Shown here piece after piece: positions 45,659 to 55,530 of a stretch of DNA of 64,000 bases (positions are counted from its first letter, which is position 1; each line of letters starts with the position of its first letter). The position numbers and the translations under genes were made by a program. This DNA is from an uncultured Holophaga sp. Its GTDB lineage: Bacteria > Acidobacteriota > Holophagae > Holophagales > Holophagaceae. The stretch is from positions 832,001-896,000 of the forward strand of contig OY761614.1 of assembly GCA_963664825.1 (NCBI GenBank), read 5' to 3'. The notes under the pieces were generated by a model. The model worked only from the letters and a program-made list of their open reading frames with translations. It was not told the origin of the DNA and made no database searches.

Positions 45659-48205
45659 ATGTCCACGCCGATGCAGATGCAGATCGCCGCCCTCAAGCGC
45701 GAGGCGGGGGATGCCATCCTGCTCACGCGCATGGGGGACTTCTACGAACTCATCGGCGAAGATGCCGTGAAGGCCGCGCCTGCCATGGAGATCGCCCTGA
45801 CCACCCGGGGCAAGGGCACCGACAACGAGACGCCCATGTGCGGCGTGCCCCACTTCGCCCTGGAATCCTATCTGCCCAAGCTCCTGGCGGCGGGCTATTC
45901 GGCGGCCATCGCCGACCCCACCGCCAAGCCCGAGGAGGTGAAGGGCCTGCTGCCCCGGGCCATCACGCGCATCATCACGCCGGGCACCTGGCTGGATGAC
46001 GATGCCCGCTGGTTGGCCAGCGTCCATCGCCTGGGGGAACACTGGGGCATCGCCCTGCTCCAGCTCGCCTCGGGCCAGCTGCGGGTGATCCCGGGGGAAG
46101 GCGCCGAACTGCTGGCCTCCACACTGGAGCGCCTGGCGCCCCAGGAGCTGATCCTCGCAGAAGGCAGTGCGGACGCCTTCGAGCTGGAGGCCGCCCGCAC
46201 GCCCCTGCCGGGATGGCGCTTCGAACCCTCGCGGGCGCGCCAGCAGGTGCTGGCCTTCTTCGGCTGGACCCACCTGGAGGGGGTGGGCCTCGACCCTTAC
46301 CCGGCGGCCATCGGCGCGCTGGGAGCCCTGCTGGACCAGGTGGAGGCCACCCAAAAGGGCCGCCCCGCCCACATCCAGGGCGTGGCCCTGGAACTGGGCG
46401 CCACGGGGCCCCTGCTGGACGCCGTGAGCGCCCGGCATCTGGAGATCTTCGCCAATACCCTGGATGGTTCCAAGCACGGCAGCCTGCTGGCCCTGCTGGA
46501 CCAGACCCGCACGCGCATGGGTTCCAGGCTCCTGAAAGCCTGGCTGGACCAGCCCCTGCGGGAGCGCCAGGGCCTGACCCGCAGATGGGACCAGGTGGCC
46601 TGGCTCACGGAGGATAGCCGCCGGGATCCCCTGCAGAAGCTCATGGCCCAGGTGCCGGATCTGGATCGCCTGCTGGGCCGCGTGGCCCTGAATATGGCCA
46701 CGCCGCCGGAACTGGGCCAGTTGCGGGAGGGCCTGGGCCAGCTCCAGCGCCTGCCCGGCCTCATCACCGATGGGGGCTGGCTCGAGGACGCCAAGGAACT
46801 GGAACTCTGGCCCGAGGGCACTCCCCTCTGCGAAGGCCTGCTCTCGGAATTGCGGCGCTCCCTGGCCGAGGCGCCCCCTCTGGACGTGGAGAAGGGCGGC
46901 GCCATCCGCGATGGCGTGGACCCCGAACTGGACGCCGTGCGCCGCCTGGCCCGGGACGCCAAGCAGGTCATGCTCGAATTCGAGGAGGAGGAACGCCGGG
47001 AGAGCGGCATCCAGAGCCTGAAAATCAAATACAACCGCGTGTTTGGCTACTACTTCGAGATCACCAAATCGAACCTGGCCTCCGCGCCCCCCCACTTCAT
47101 CCGCAAGCAGACACTGGCCAATGCAGAACGCTTTACCACCGAAAAGCTCATGGCCTTCGAGCAGCGCCTGCTCTCGGCTGAAGGGGACCTCTTGAGGCTG
47201 GAAGCCCTCCAGTTCAAGCGCCTGCTGGGCCTGGTGCTCGATAGCCGGGCCGATATCTGCGCACTCTCCCTGGCTGTGGCGCGGCTGGACGTGCTCTGCG
47301 CCTTCGCCGAAAAGGCCCGCCACAGCGGCTGGATGAGGCCGGAGCTTTCCGAGGACCGGGAGCTGATTCTCGCCGGTGCCCGGCACCCCATGCTGGAGGC
47401 CCGCATGGGCCGGGAGTGCATTCCCAATGATCTGGCGCTGAAGCAGAGCCGCCCCATGGCCGTGGTGACCGGGCCCAATATGGGCGGCAAGTCCACCTTC
47501 CTGCGCACCTCGGCCCTCCTGGTGGTCATGGCCCAGACGGGCTGCTTCGTGCCCGCCGATCTCATGCGCTTCGCCCTGGTGGACCGCATCTTCACGCGCA
47601 TCGGGGCCTCGGACTTCCTCTCCAAGGGCCAATCCACCTTCATGGTGGAGATGACGGAGACCGCCCGCATCCTCAATCAGGTGACCCCCGCCAGCCTGGT
47701 GATCCTGGACGAGATCGGCCGGGGCACAAGCACACGGGATGGTCTCGCCCTTGCGGAGGCGATTGCCCTTCATTTGCGGGATCTCAAGGGGGGCGCGCCG
47801 CGGACGCTCTTTGCCACCCACTACTTCGAACTCACCAAGCTGGCCGGGGATGGCCGATTCCAGAACCTCCACGTGGAGGTGCAGGAGTGGGAGGATCAGC
47901 TGCTCTTCCTCCACCGCATCGGCGAGGGCCCCGCGGACCGCAGCTACGGCATCCAGGTGGCCAAGCTGGCGGGTCTGCCCAGGAGCGTCATCACCCGGGC
48001 CCAGCGCCTCCTGGCCGAGGCCAAGGAGGTTTCCATCGAGCCCGTCCGGAAGCCGAAGCGGACACCCGATGTCCAGCAGCCCATGCTGCCCCTCTTCGAT
48101 GAACCAGAGACCGATCCCCTGCGGGAGGAGCTGAAGTCCCTGGACCTCACCCGCATGACGCCCCTGGAGGCCCTCAATTGGCTGGCGGCCAAGCAGCAGG
48201 GCTAG
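45659..48205 (+). CDS. mutS: DNA mismatch repair protein MutS
   Basis: RMGDFYE, PMCGVP, TGPNMGGKSTFLR, STFMVEM, DEIGRGTST, ATHYFEL, SYGIQVAKLAG. Confidence 0.98.
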   Translation: MSTPMQMQIAALKREAGDAILLTRMGDFYELIGEDAVKAAPAMEIALTTRGKGTDNETPMCGVPHFALESYLPKLLAAGYSAAIADPTAKPEEVKGLLPRAITRIITPGTWLDDDARWLASVHRLGEHWGIALLQLASGQLRVIPGEGAELLASTLERLAPQELILAEGSADAFELEAARTPLPGWRFEPSRARQQVLAFFGWTHLEGVGLDPYPAAIGALGALLDQVEATQKGRPAHIQGVALELGATGPLLDAVSARHLEIFANTLDGSKHGSLLALLDQTRTRMGSRLLKAWLDQPLRERQGLTRRWDQVAWLTEDSRRDPLQKLMAQVPDLDRLLGRVALNMATPPELGQLREGLGQLQRLPGLITDGGWLEDAKELELWPEGTPLCEGLLSELRRSLAEAPPLDVEKGGAIRDGVDPELDAVRRLARDAKQVMLEFEEEERRESGIQSLKIKYNRVFGYYFEITKSNLASAPPHFIRKQTLANAERFTTEKLMAFEQRLLSAEGDLLRLEALQFKRLLGLVLDSRADICALSLAVARLDVLCAFAEKARHSGWMRPELSEDRELILAGARHPMLEARMGRECIPNDLALKQSRPMAVVTGPNMGGKSTFLRTSALLVVMAQTGCFVPADLMRFALVDRIFTRIGASDFLSKGQSTFMVEMTETARILNQVTPASLVILDEIGRGTSTRDGLALAEAIALHLRDLKGGAPRTLFATHYFELTKLAGDGRFQNLHVEVQEWEDQLLFLHRIGEGPADRSYGIQVAKLAGLPRSVITRAQRLLAEAKEVSIEPVRKPKRTPDVQQPMLPLFDEPETDPLREELKSLDLTRMTPLEALNWLAAKQQG

Positions 48206-48244
48206 GACCCACTTCCGAGCGAGGCAGGTCTTACAGACGGGTTC

Positions 48245-48868
48245 CTAGACCTTCACACCCAGGGCCTCCAGTTCCCGAATCAGGCTCTCGGCGTCCCTGT
48301 AGGTGATGCCCTGCATCCCGAGCTGCCTCGCGCCCTCGGCGAATTCAGGCCGGTCATCGATGAACACGCAGGCCTCGGCCGGCAGACCCAGCTGGGCCAG
48401 GACGTCCTCATAGAGCCGGGGGTCGGGCTTGAGGGCCTTCAGGACGTGGGAGAGCGTGACGGCCTGGAAGAGGGGAAAGATCTCGCAGGGGCGGATGGTG
48501 TGTTCGAAGTGCCAGGGGTTCGTATTGGAGATGAGGCCAAGACGAAAGCGGGGGGCCAGGCGCCGGATCAGTGCCAGGGTGCTTTCGATGGGGGTGAAGA
48601 TATCCGTGAAGGCCCGCAGGAAGGCGTCTTCCGGGAAGGGGTATCCGCAGAGCCTGGAGACGCCTTCCAGGAAGGCGGGAGAATCCAAGCGGCCGGACTC
48701 GTAGTCCTCCGAGAGGGTCGAGGCTGCCAGCAAGGCGGCGAGTTGGCTCACCGGTTTCCCGCAGAGGGCCGAGAGGCCTGCCAGGATCCGCCCATTATCG
48801 AAGCGGTAGATCACATTGCCGAAGTCGAAGATGACCCCGCGAATGGGGCCTGGGTGGGAGGTTGCCAT
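48245..48868 (-). CDS. HAD-family phosphatase (YihX-like)
   Basis: IFDFGNV, ISNTN, KPDPRLY, FIDD. Confidence 0.9.
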   Translation of the reverse strand: MATSHPGPIRGVIFDFGNVIYRFDNGRILAGLSALCGKPVSQLAALLAASTLSEDYESGRLDSPAFLEGVSRLCGYPFPEDAFLRAFTDIFTPIESTLALIRRLAPRFRLGLISNTNPWHFEHTIRPCEIFPLFQAVTLSHVLKALKPDPRLYEDVLAQLGLPAEACVFIDDRPEFAEGARQLGMQGITYRDAESLIRELEALGVKV

Positions 48869-48921
48869 GGCTAAGAGCATCCGTGAATGCGGCATCCACT
48901 ACAATGGCCCTGGAGGATTTC

Positions 48922-49332
48922 ATGAAGATTCTGCGCATCAGCCATCTGGGCATCGCCTCTCCCACCCTCACGGCAGCCATGGAGCGCCTGGACAAGCTCT
49001 TCGGCATCCAGGCCGAGCATGTGGAGGAAGTGGCCGACCAGAAGGTGCGCACGGCCTTCTATTCCGTGGGGGAGAGCTCCCTGGAATACCTGGAGCCCAA
49101 GGACCCCGAGGGCCCCGTGGCGAAATTCCTGGAGAAGAAGGGCCCGGGCATCCATCATCTGGCCTTCGAGGTCGATGACGTGGACGCCGCCGTGCAGGAG
49201 CTGCTGGCCAAGGGCGTCCGCATGATCGACAAGGCCCCCCGCCCGGGCGCCCACGGCAACCGCATCGCCTTCATCCACCCCAGCGAAACCGGCGGCGTGC
49301 TCATGGAGATCTGTCAGGCAGCGAAGCACTAG
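48922..49332 (+). CDS. mce: Methylmalonyl-CoA epimerase (VOC family)
   Basis: HLGIA, DQKVRTAF, GIHHLAFEVDD, GAHG..IAFIHP..GGVLME; GGAGG RBS. Confidence 0.92.
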   Translation: MKILRISHLGIASPTLTAAMERLDKLFGIQAEHVEEVADQKVRTAFYSVGESSLEYLEPKDPEGPVAKFLEKKGPGIHHLAFEVDDVDAAVQELLAKGVRMIDKAPRPGAHGNRIAFIHPSETGGVLMEICQAAKH

Positions 49333-49390
49333 CGGGTGGCATTCAAGGCTCCCGTGGAACCTCGAATGCCGGGACCCGCTGTGCTGAGCA

Positions 49391-52375
49391 TCAGGCCTTC
49401 GGTGCGTGCTTGAAGATGGCCGAGCAGCCGTGGCGGCCATCCATGACCACGTGGAGGGGTGCCTCCACCCGGGTATGGACGAGGGCTCCCCGCCGACTCA
49501 GCACGGGCTGAGCCCGCAGCCATGCCCAATCCAGGAGATTGGGACCCGGCGGGTGGGGCACGGTGAAGTAGCCGATATTGAGGGACGTCACGTTGTGGAA
49601 GAAATGGGAGCCCAGGGAGGCATCCGCCTGGAGGCCCTCCATGGAGAATTCCACGATCACCGGGGCGCAGGAGATCATGGGCCAGCTGATGGGGATGCCC
49701 AGGAAGCGGTCGCTGCTGCCCCAGCGGCCGGGGCCCAGGAGCACGTACTTGCCTCCGCTGGCCCGGAATTCGTCGTTGAGCTTCTCCACTTCGGCGGCCA
49801 GTTCCTGGGTGGCGAACTTATCGAAGAGGTCCGGATCCACCCAGACGATATCCCGCAGACCCTCCACGAGCCCGTTGCCCACGCACTTCTCGGAAAAGAG
49901 GAAGAGGCTCTCTGGATCGAGCTCCCCGCGCTCCAGGTTCACATCGGCGGAATCCATGAGCTGGTGCTTCACCTGGAGGAGGAAGAAGGTGGGCCTGCCA
50001 TTGGCCGGGTCGGGCCTCAGATCCACGGCGAATTCCATTTCCACCGGGGTCTCCATGGCATCCCGGATGAGATCCAGGGCCTCTTTCAGGACGGCGGCCA
50101 GGGGGAACTGCTCGTACTTGATCACGTTCCTGAAATTCACGATGCGGGGCCCCGGGCGGTCCAGGCCATCCCGGAGGCGATCATCCTCGAAGTCCCAGGT
50201 GGAGGCGCAATGGGTGAGGGCGCCATCGGCTTCGGCCTGGGCGATATCGAGTTCCAGGAGGGTCGCATCCTCCCCATTGAAGAGATCGACCGTGTTCTGG
50301 CTCATATCCAGCGCGAAGAAGCGCTCCTGGGTGGTCCGCAGCTGTTCCTGGGGCACCAGCATATCCATCTGGGGGTAGGCCGGGCAGAAGCGGAAGGCCT
50401 TGCCGCCCTCCACCACGTACTTCCCCAGGCCCAGCCCCAGGTTCGCGATGCCGTCCTGGGGCTGGAGGTAGGCCAGGGGGTAGTAGTTGAAGGACTGGGC
50501 CACCCCGGAGATATGGGGGTAGAAGCGAGTCCCGAAGGCGCTCCCGGCCACCTCCTGGAGGAGGACGGCCATCTTCTCCTCCTCGATCTTGTAGTCGATG
50601 GCCTGGAAGTAGGACCGAGCCTCCCTGGAATAGACCGAGGCGTAGACGAGCTTGATGGCCTCGGTCAGCTGGGCCACCCGCACGGCCAGATCCGGGTGGT
50701 TATTGGGCAGGAAGAAGGTGCTGTAGAGGCCGGCGAAGGGGTGGGAGAGACTATCCTCCAGGAGCCCGGAAGAGCGCACGGCCAGCGGGTGCCGCATGTG
50801 CTCCAGGAGCCGGTGCAGCTTGTTCATGAGGGCCGGAGACAAGGCCCCCATGAGGAAGCGGCGCTTCACGGCCTCCGGGTCCAGTCCATCCTGGAGGGTG
50901 TGTGAAAGGCCATTGCGCTCGATGAATTCGGCGAATTCGTCGGTGCCGATGACGGCGCTGCGGGGAATGCGGATATTGGCCTGGGGGAAGCGCTCCTCCA
51001 GATCCAGCCCCACCAGGAGGGAATTGGTGAAGGCCACCCCCCGGCCCTTGCCGCCCATGGAACCCCCCGCCAGGCGCAGGATATTCGAGGGCTCATGGAA
51101 GGCCGCTTCCGTGAAGGGCACCACCTTCCCCCGGGACTTGGTGGCCTGGATGTGGTCCCCCATGTGGAGGAGGAAACGGCGCAGGGCCTCCGCATCCTCG
51201 AAGTCCGAAGGCCGCACCCGCTGCACCACCTGGGCGATCTGGATCTCCCCCCGGGCCATGAGCCAGGCCGAGAAGTGGTTCCGGGTGGCGTGGTAGACGA
51301 GGGATTCCGTCGGCAGGATCCGCAGCTTTTCCTCCAGATCCGCCAGGGAACCGGCCCGGGCCAGCTCCCGGCCCTCCTGATCCCGGAAGATGAAGTCCCC
51401 GAAGCCCAGGTGCTCGTAGAAGAAGCTGGCCAGCTCGGCGCCCAGGGTGGGGGAATTCTTGTTGAGGAAGCGGATGCCCAGGGAGGCCGCCAGGGCCTCC
51501 TTGTCGGGATCCGAGGACTGCATCAGGGTGGGCAGATCCGGCTGACGCTCCCGCAGATCCCGGATGAGCTTGATGCCCGCCTCCCGATCCATGACCCCGG
51601 CCATGGGGAACTTCCGATCGGAGATCACGCAGAGCAGGTAATCCCGGTACTGTTCGCAGAAGGCCACGGCCTCCTCGAAGGTGGTGGCCAGGATGACCTT
51701 GGGCCGGGCCCGCATGCGCAGGGTGCGGGTCATCCCGTCGATATCCTGCTCCTCGGCCAGCCGCCGGGTCTGCTTCATGATCACCCGGTAGAGGATGGGC
51801 AGATAGCGGGAGTAGTAGCGGATGCTGTCCTCCACCAGGAGGATCACCCGCGTGAGCCCGATGGTGGTGTCGTTGAGGACATTGCTGCGGTCCTCCATGA
51901 ACTTGACCATGGCCGGGAAGATCTCGGGATTGCCGTTCCACACGAAGATGTTGTCGTAGTGCCGGAGGAACTCCTCCCGGCGCCGGTCCAGGATCCCCAG
52001 TTCCACGTTGTCGTTCAGGAGCAGAAAGATGGGGATGCGCCCGTCGGCCTCCCTCAGCTTGCGGGAGAGTTCGCAGTGGCCCCCCTGCCCCAGGCGGCTC
52101 ATGACGATGATGAGATCGAAGTGGCGCGTGGTCAGCTTCTCCAGCGCCTCTTCGCTGGAGGAGACGTTCGTGATCCGGGGAGGATTGCTCATATTCAGCT
52201 GGTAGTAGCCTTCGAAGAGCACCTCCGTGAGCAGCCCATCCTCCTCCAGGGTGAAGGCATCGAAGGCGGAAGCCACCAGCAGGATCTCCCGCATGCGCAG
52301 CGGCATCAGATCGTGGAAGATCTCCTTGTCCGATCGGTATTTCCGGAAGCTCTCGGGAATTTCGCGGTCAATCAT
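49391..52375 (-). CDS. Receiver-domain protein fused to a PEP/pyruvate-binding (PPDK_N, ATP-grasp) domain
   Basis: REC-like ILLVEDS; GGKGRG; LAVRSSGLLED; GLGKYVVEG; GPGRWGSSD. Confidence 0.85.
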   Translation of the reverse strand: MIDREIPESFRKYRSDKEIFHDLMPLRMREILLVASAFDAFTLEEDGLLTEVLFEGYYQLNMSNPPRITNVSSSEEALEKLTTRHFDLIIVMSRLGQGGHCELSRKLREADGRIPIFLLLNDNVELGILDRRREEFLRHYDNIFVWNGNPEIFPAMVKFMEDRSNVLNDTTIGLTRVILLVEDSIRYYSRYLPILYRVIMKQTRRLAEEQDIDGMTRTLRMRARPKVILATTFEEAVAFCEQYRDYLLCVISDRKFPMAGVMDREAGIKLIRDLRERQPDLPTLMQSSDPDKEALAASLGIRFLNKNSPTLGAELASFFYEHLGFGDFIFRDQEGRELARAGSLADLEEKLRILPTESLVYHATRNHFSAWLMARGEIQIAQVVQRVRPSDFEDAEALRRFLLHMGDHIQATKSRGKVVPFTEAAFHEPSNILRLAGGSMGGKGRGVAFTNSLLVGLDLEERFPQANIRIPRSAVIGTDEFAEFIERNGLSHTLQDGLDPEAVKRRFLMGALSPALMNKLHRLLEHMRHPLAVRSSGLLEDSLSHPFAGLYSTFFLPNNHPDLAVRVAQLTEAIKLVYASVYSREARSYFQAIDYKIEEEKMAVLLQEVAGSAFGTRFYPHISGVAQSFNYYPLAYLQPQDGIANLGLGLGKYVVEGGKAFRFCPAYPQMDMLVPQEQLRTTQERFFALDMSQNTVDLFNGEDATLLELDIAQAEADGALTHCASTWDFEDDRLRDGLDRPGPRIVNFRNVIKYEQFPLAAVLKEALDLIRDAMETPVEMEFAVDLRPDPANGRPTFFLLQVKHQLMDSADVNLERGELDPESLFLFSEKCVGNGLVEGLRDIVWVDPDLFDKFATQELAAEVEKLNDEFRASGGKYVLLGPGRWGSSDRFLGIPISWPMISCAPVIVEFSMEGLQADASLGSHFFHNVTSLNIGYFTVPHPPGPNLLDWAWLRAQPVLSRRGALVHTRVEAPLHVVMDGRHGCSAIFKHAPKA

Positions 52376-52477
52376 CGAGGACTCCGGGGATGCACTATCC
52401 TAAGCCCCCTGGAAGGGCCCTGCCCATTCCCTCTCCGGGGCAATGACACCATACTGCGGGCAAATGACGAGGCTCCC

Positions 52478-52867
52478 ATGTCCCTGGCCCTGCAGCTCCT
52501 CCTTGGCCTATCCATCGCTACCGTCACGATCTTTCTCGTGATCCTCCTGCTCCAGGCCCGGCGCACGGCGGCCTCCGTCCAGCGCCTGGCCGAAAGCGCC
52601 GCCCAGGATCTCCGCCGGGTCGCCGAGGACGTCCATGAGGTCCGCCTGAGGGTGGAGGAAGTGACGCAACTGGCCAAGACCACCTTCGAGGGCCCCTCCC
52701 TGTTGAGCCAGATGATCACGGGCCTCGTCAGCGGAATCCCGGCCCTCCTGGGTCGCCCCAGCCCCTCCGAAAGCTTCCTGGAAACCCTCCTGACAGGCCT
52801 TCAAACCGCCTTACATTTGTTCCATCGGCGAAAAATGGCGCCGCCAAAGGAGGCATCCCATGAGTGA
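52478..52867 (+). CDS. DUF948/YoxC-like membrane-anchored coiled-coil protein
   Basis: N-terminal TM then coiled coil; directly upstream of a YtxH-like gene (3' part of ORF 51095..52867). Confidence 0.65.
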   Translation: MSLALQLLLGLSIATVTIFLVILLLQARRTAASVQRLAESAAQDLRRVAEDVHEVRLRVEEVTQLAKTTFEGPSLLSQMITGLVSGIPALLGRPSPSESFLETLLTGLQTALHLFHRRKMAPPKEASHE

Positions 52868-53051
52868 AGAACGTGGGTCGCTTGGAACTTCCATGCTCAT
52901 CTTCCTGGCGGGTGCCGCCGTCGGGGCGGCGGTGATCGCCCTCACCACGCCCAAGACCGGCCCCGAACTGAGAGGCGACCTCAAGGGCTTCGGCAACAAG
53001 ATCAAGGACCGCTTCTCCCGGCTGAGGGAGGAGGACAGAGTCGACGGGTGA
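52860..53051 (+). CDS. YtxH-domain protein
   Basis: FLAGAAVGAAVIALTTPKTGPELR. Confidence 0.85.
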   Translation: MSEERGSLGTSMLIFLAGAAVGAAVIALTTPKTGPELRGDLKGFGNKIKDRFSRLREEDRVDG

Positions 53052-53064
53052 GGGCAACTGGGAT

Positions 53065-53097
53065 ATTCACCACGAAGAACGCGGAGAACACGAAGAA
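53065..53097 (+). repeat. ATTCACCACG-led 9-nt periodic repeat
   Basis: attcac-cacgaagaa-cgcggagaa-cacgaagaa, followed by hairpin agggcacagg/cctgtgccct (53105-53131). Confidence 0.7.
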
Positions 53098-53263
53098 AAC
53101 ATTGAGGGCACAGGAGCGAGACCTGTGCCCTTGATGTGTACGGGGGGAGGGAACGAGCAGGGTTAAGGGGCGGTGACGAAGCGGGGCGGAAGGGAGCGAC
53201 GAGAAATCGGAAAAATCGGAGAGGGCGGTGACTCACAGAGGCGACGTCAGAGTTAAACAATTG

Positions 53264-54826
53264 GTTAGGGCGCCGATGGGGGAAACCTCAAATTGCACTC
53301 CTTTCGATTTCCAAACCGTGAGAAATTGCGTATAAAACCTTAGGGTCTTTGATTTTGTATAGCGCGGCACCATTGAGCGCCTTGGATTCAGAACGCACAA
53401 TCAGTCCCATATTTTCCATGTTTGTGACATAATTAGTAGTGGAGCTGCCTGTGCCGGCCTCTGTATTCAGTTGATCCTTAGTGAATTCCGTTGTTGATAA
53501 TTTCGAAAGATGCTTAATATATGAGTACACATCCATGCTATTTGATCTAGCATTCGACCTTTTTGGATAGTATTCATAATAGTTGAAGCTTTTAACAAAG
53601 TCGCTAATTCCGTCATGAATTGCTTCTTTTGATAATTTAACCGAAATCGGTGAAATTCTAAATTCGCTTATGATGATTTTATCCATAATGTGCCAAAGAT
53701 CACGCGGATTTTCGTTACATATGGCAATAATTTTATCTACTTCATCTATTGATTCCACTGAAAATAGTTGTTCGTAGGACGTAACCATGCTTTTTGAAAA
53801 CACATTAAGTCGTCGCGAAAGTGCATCAAGTAGATCGTGACGTGTCCATGCAAGCTTTTGGACGGATAATTTTTGAGTTCTAACATTTCCTTTGAGGTAA
53901 TTGAATGGCACAGTCCATATAAATAGTAGAACATTAAATCTATTATGTAGAAGTATTTTGTTATCAGATGCAATATTTTCTAAAAATTCAGCAATGTCCT
54001 CGGCGTCATTTTCTAGTCGGGTATCTTCATCTATCTTATCTATTATAACAGTTGTATGTTTGAATTTTGATTTATTAATGAGTTCAGTCAATCTGCAAAG
54101 ATAAAAATACTCTTTATGTCCCTTGTCGAATGTTGTATCAACTTCTGTTTTAATCGGAGCCAGATATTCTGGTACTTTTGAATCAACTGGTGGTAGGGCG
54201 GCAAAGTGTTTCGTAATTGCATTGTTGGCGGCATATGTGAGCGCATGAATGCCATAATTCATAAACACACGAAAGGCATTATAGGTCCAAATACATGCTC
54301 TTTTTGGAAGATGGTTTTGAATCGAGGAAATCTTTGCGGTGAGTATTTTCCTACTCGCAGGTTTAACATACTCCGCCAAAAAGAATGACAACTCAACGCG
54401 CTCTTCTTTAGTATATTTCCAAAAACTGGAGGCATCATCTGTCATAGCCTGGAAAAAAACTGAAGCAATTTGTTCAGACAAAAACCTATAATAATCCTCC
54501 GGTTTATGATTAAGTTTAAGTGAAGAGTAATCATCAATGTATACAATTAAATTAATTGAAATATCTATGCTGCGTTTCATTTCGTAGCTCAATGCGGTTT
54601 TGCCAGTCCCTCTTTCCCCTATAATTAAATGGCTCAAGTTATTTTTTAGGCCTTGAAGTAATACGGAATGGTTCTGTGGCTGGATGAACAGATTGTGACC
54701 ATTCCTTTTCTCACTTTCAGCATTAAATGTTGAAAATGGATATTCTTCCAGATTTAAGTGTGAGCAAAATTCGAAAAAGGTGATTGTTTGTTCCATTTGG
54801 TGCCTCGGTGGTGGAAAAGTCCTAAC
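53264..54826. mobile_element. AT-rich integron-cassette-like unit
   Basis: Sharp compositional shift around a single ORF, bounded by GTTAGGGC (53264-53271) and GTCCTAAC (54819-54826). Confidence 0.5.
53288..54796 (-). CDS. P-loop ATPase (Sll1717/FunZ-like) with probable C-terminal wHTH
   Basis: YPFSTFNAE, Walker A GERGTGKT, Walker B VIIDKIDE, NPRDL; AT-rich codon usage. Confidence 0.8.
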   Translation of the reverse strand: MEQTITFFEFCSHLNLEEYPFSTFNAESEKRNGHNLFIQPQNHSVLLQGLKNNLSHLIIGERGTGKTALSYEMKRSIDISINLIVYIDDYSSLKLNHKPEDYYRFLSEQIASVFFQAMTDDASSFWKYTKEERVELSFFLAEYVKPASRKILTAKISSIQNHLPKRACIWTYNAFRVFMNYGIHALTYAANNAITKHFAALPPVDSKVPEYLAPIKTEVDTTFDKGHKEYFYLCRLTELINKSKFKHTTVIIDKIDEDTRLENDAEDIAEFLENIASDNKILLHNRFNVLLFIWTVPFNYLKGNVRTQKLSVQKLAWTRHDLLDALSRRLNVFSKSMVTSYEQLFSVESIDEVDKIIAICNENPRDLWHIMDKIIISEFRISPISVKLSKEAIHDGISDFVKSFNYYEYYPKRSNARSNSMDVYSYIKHLSKLSTTEFTKDQLNTEAGTGSSTTNYVTNMENMGLIVRSESKALNGAALYKIKDPKVLYAISHGLEIERSAI

Positions 54827-54897
54827 GCGAATTAGACGGCTCAGGCCATCCGCTGTTCAGGTTTGTATAACGGTGGAGGTAAAGGGTGCTGATAATA

Positions 54898-54924
54898 AAT
54901 TCCATGAATTCCATGAATTCCATA
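54898..54924. repeat. 9-nt tandem repeat x3
   Basis: aattccatg-aattccatg-aattccata. Confidence 0.7.
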
Positions 54925-55128
54925 TAGCATCACCCATCAGAAGAGGTTCACGATCCATTCTCCCCATTTGGGCGGCCTGAACACGACAATCCCAAGGCCT
55001 TTGGATTCACCCTGCGCCTCCGGCCAAGGGGATAGAGGGCAAATGAACGATGGGAAGGAACTGGGTTGCGGTTGCGAGTCTGACAGGGAGGCCGGGACAA
55101 GCCAAGCCTTTCATGGCCTCGAATCGCC

Positions 55129-55199
55129 ATCCGCGTTTATCGGCGTGCATCAGAGTTGAATTTTTTTTAAACAATAATGAACGCCGATGGACGCAGATG
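55129..55199. repeat. 10-nt periodic palindromic repeat, copy A
   Basis: atccgcgttt-atcggcgtgc-atcagagttg .. aacaataatg-aacgccgatg-gacgcagatg. Confidence 0.8.
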
Positions 55200-55245
55200 A
55201 GATCCCTGCGACCACCCGAAGGTTGCGACCCACATCATCTGGGGA

Positions 55246-55470
55246 ATTCACCACGGATGAACACGAATGCACACGGATGAAGCCTCGGGCCATGTCTTTG
55301 CGCCGATTGGTCAGCGGGCACGCCCGCTCCGTGGGCGCGTGGCGGGGCCACGCGGATCGCGGGGGCGGCCCAGGACGCTTCCAATGGTGTCCCCGCGCCG
55401 CCCCCGTGATCCGGGCCCGCTGACCCGATGGGTCCGTGTTCATCCACCTAAATCCGCGTGTATCCGTGTT
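55246..55470. repeat. Inverted 10-nt periodic arms flanking a structured core
   Basis: cacggatgaa-cacgaatgca-cacggatgaa (55252-55281) versus tccgtgttcatcc..atccgcgtgtatccgtg (55433-55468). Confidence 0.7.
55309..55425 (+). ncRNA. Candidate structured RNA or ssDNA element (four-way junction), family unknown
   Basis: Stems 55309-19/55415-25, 55321-27/55331-37, 55338-43/55347-52, 55353-69/55397-413; G-U pairs favour the + strand. Confidence 0.4.
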
Positions 55471-55530
55471 GGGTTTCCCGGCGGAACCAAGCCGATCCTG
55501 CTGCCCTGCATCCGAGCCAAAGGCGCTGCG

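Noticed and set aside
1080..48205. mutL, dinB, uvrA-like and mutS as a dedicated repair island
   Set aside because: Spread over 47 kb among unrelated genes; no evidence of a shared unit.
53100..55130. Complete integron
   Set aside because: No intI nearby, only one cassette-like unit, and the attC halves are incomplete or degenerate.
55309..55425. tRNA or 6S RNA
   Set aside because: No TTCRA T-loop, 7-nt anticodon loop or CCA; arm lengths do not fit tRNA; no large central bubble as in 6S.
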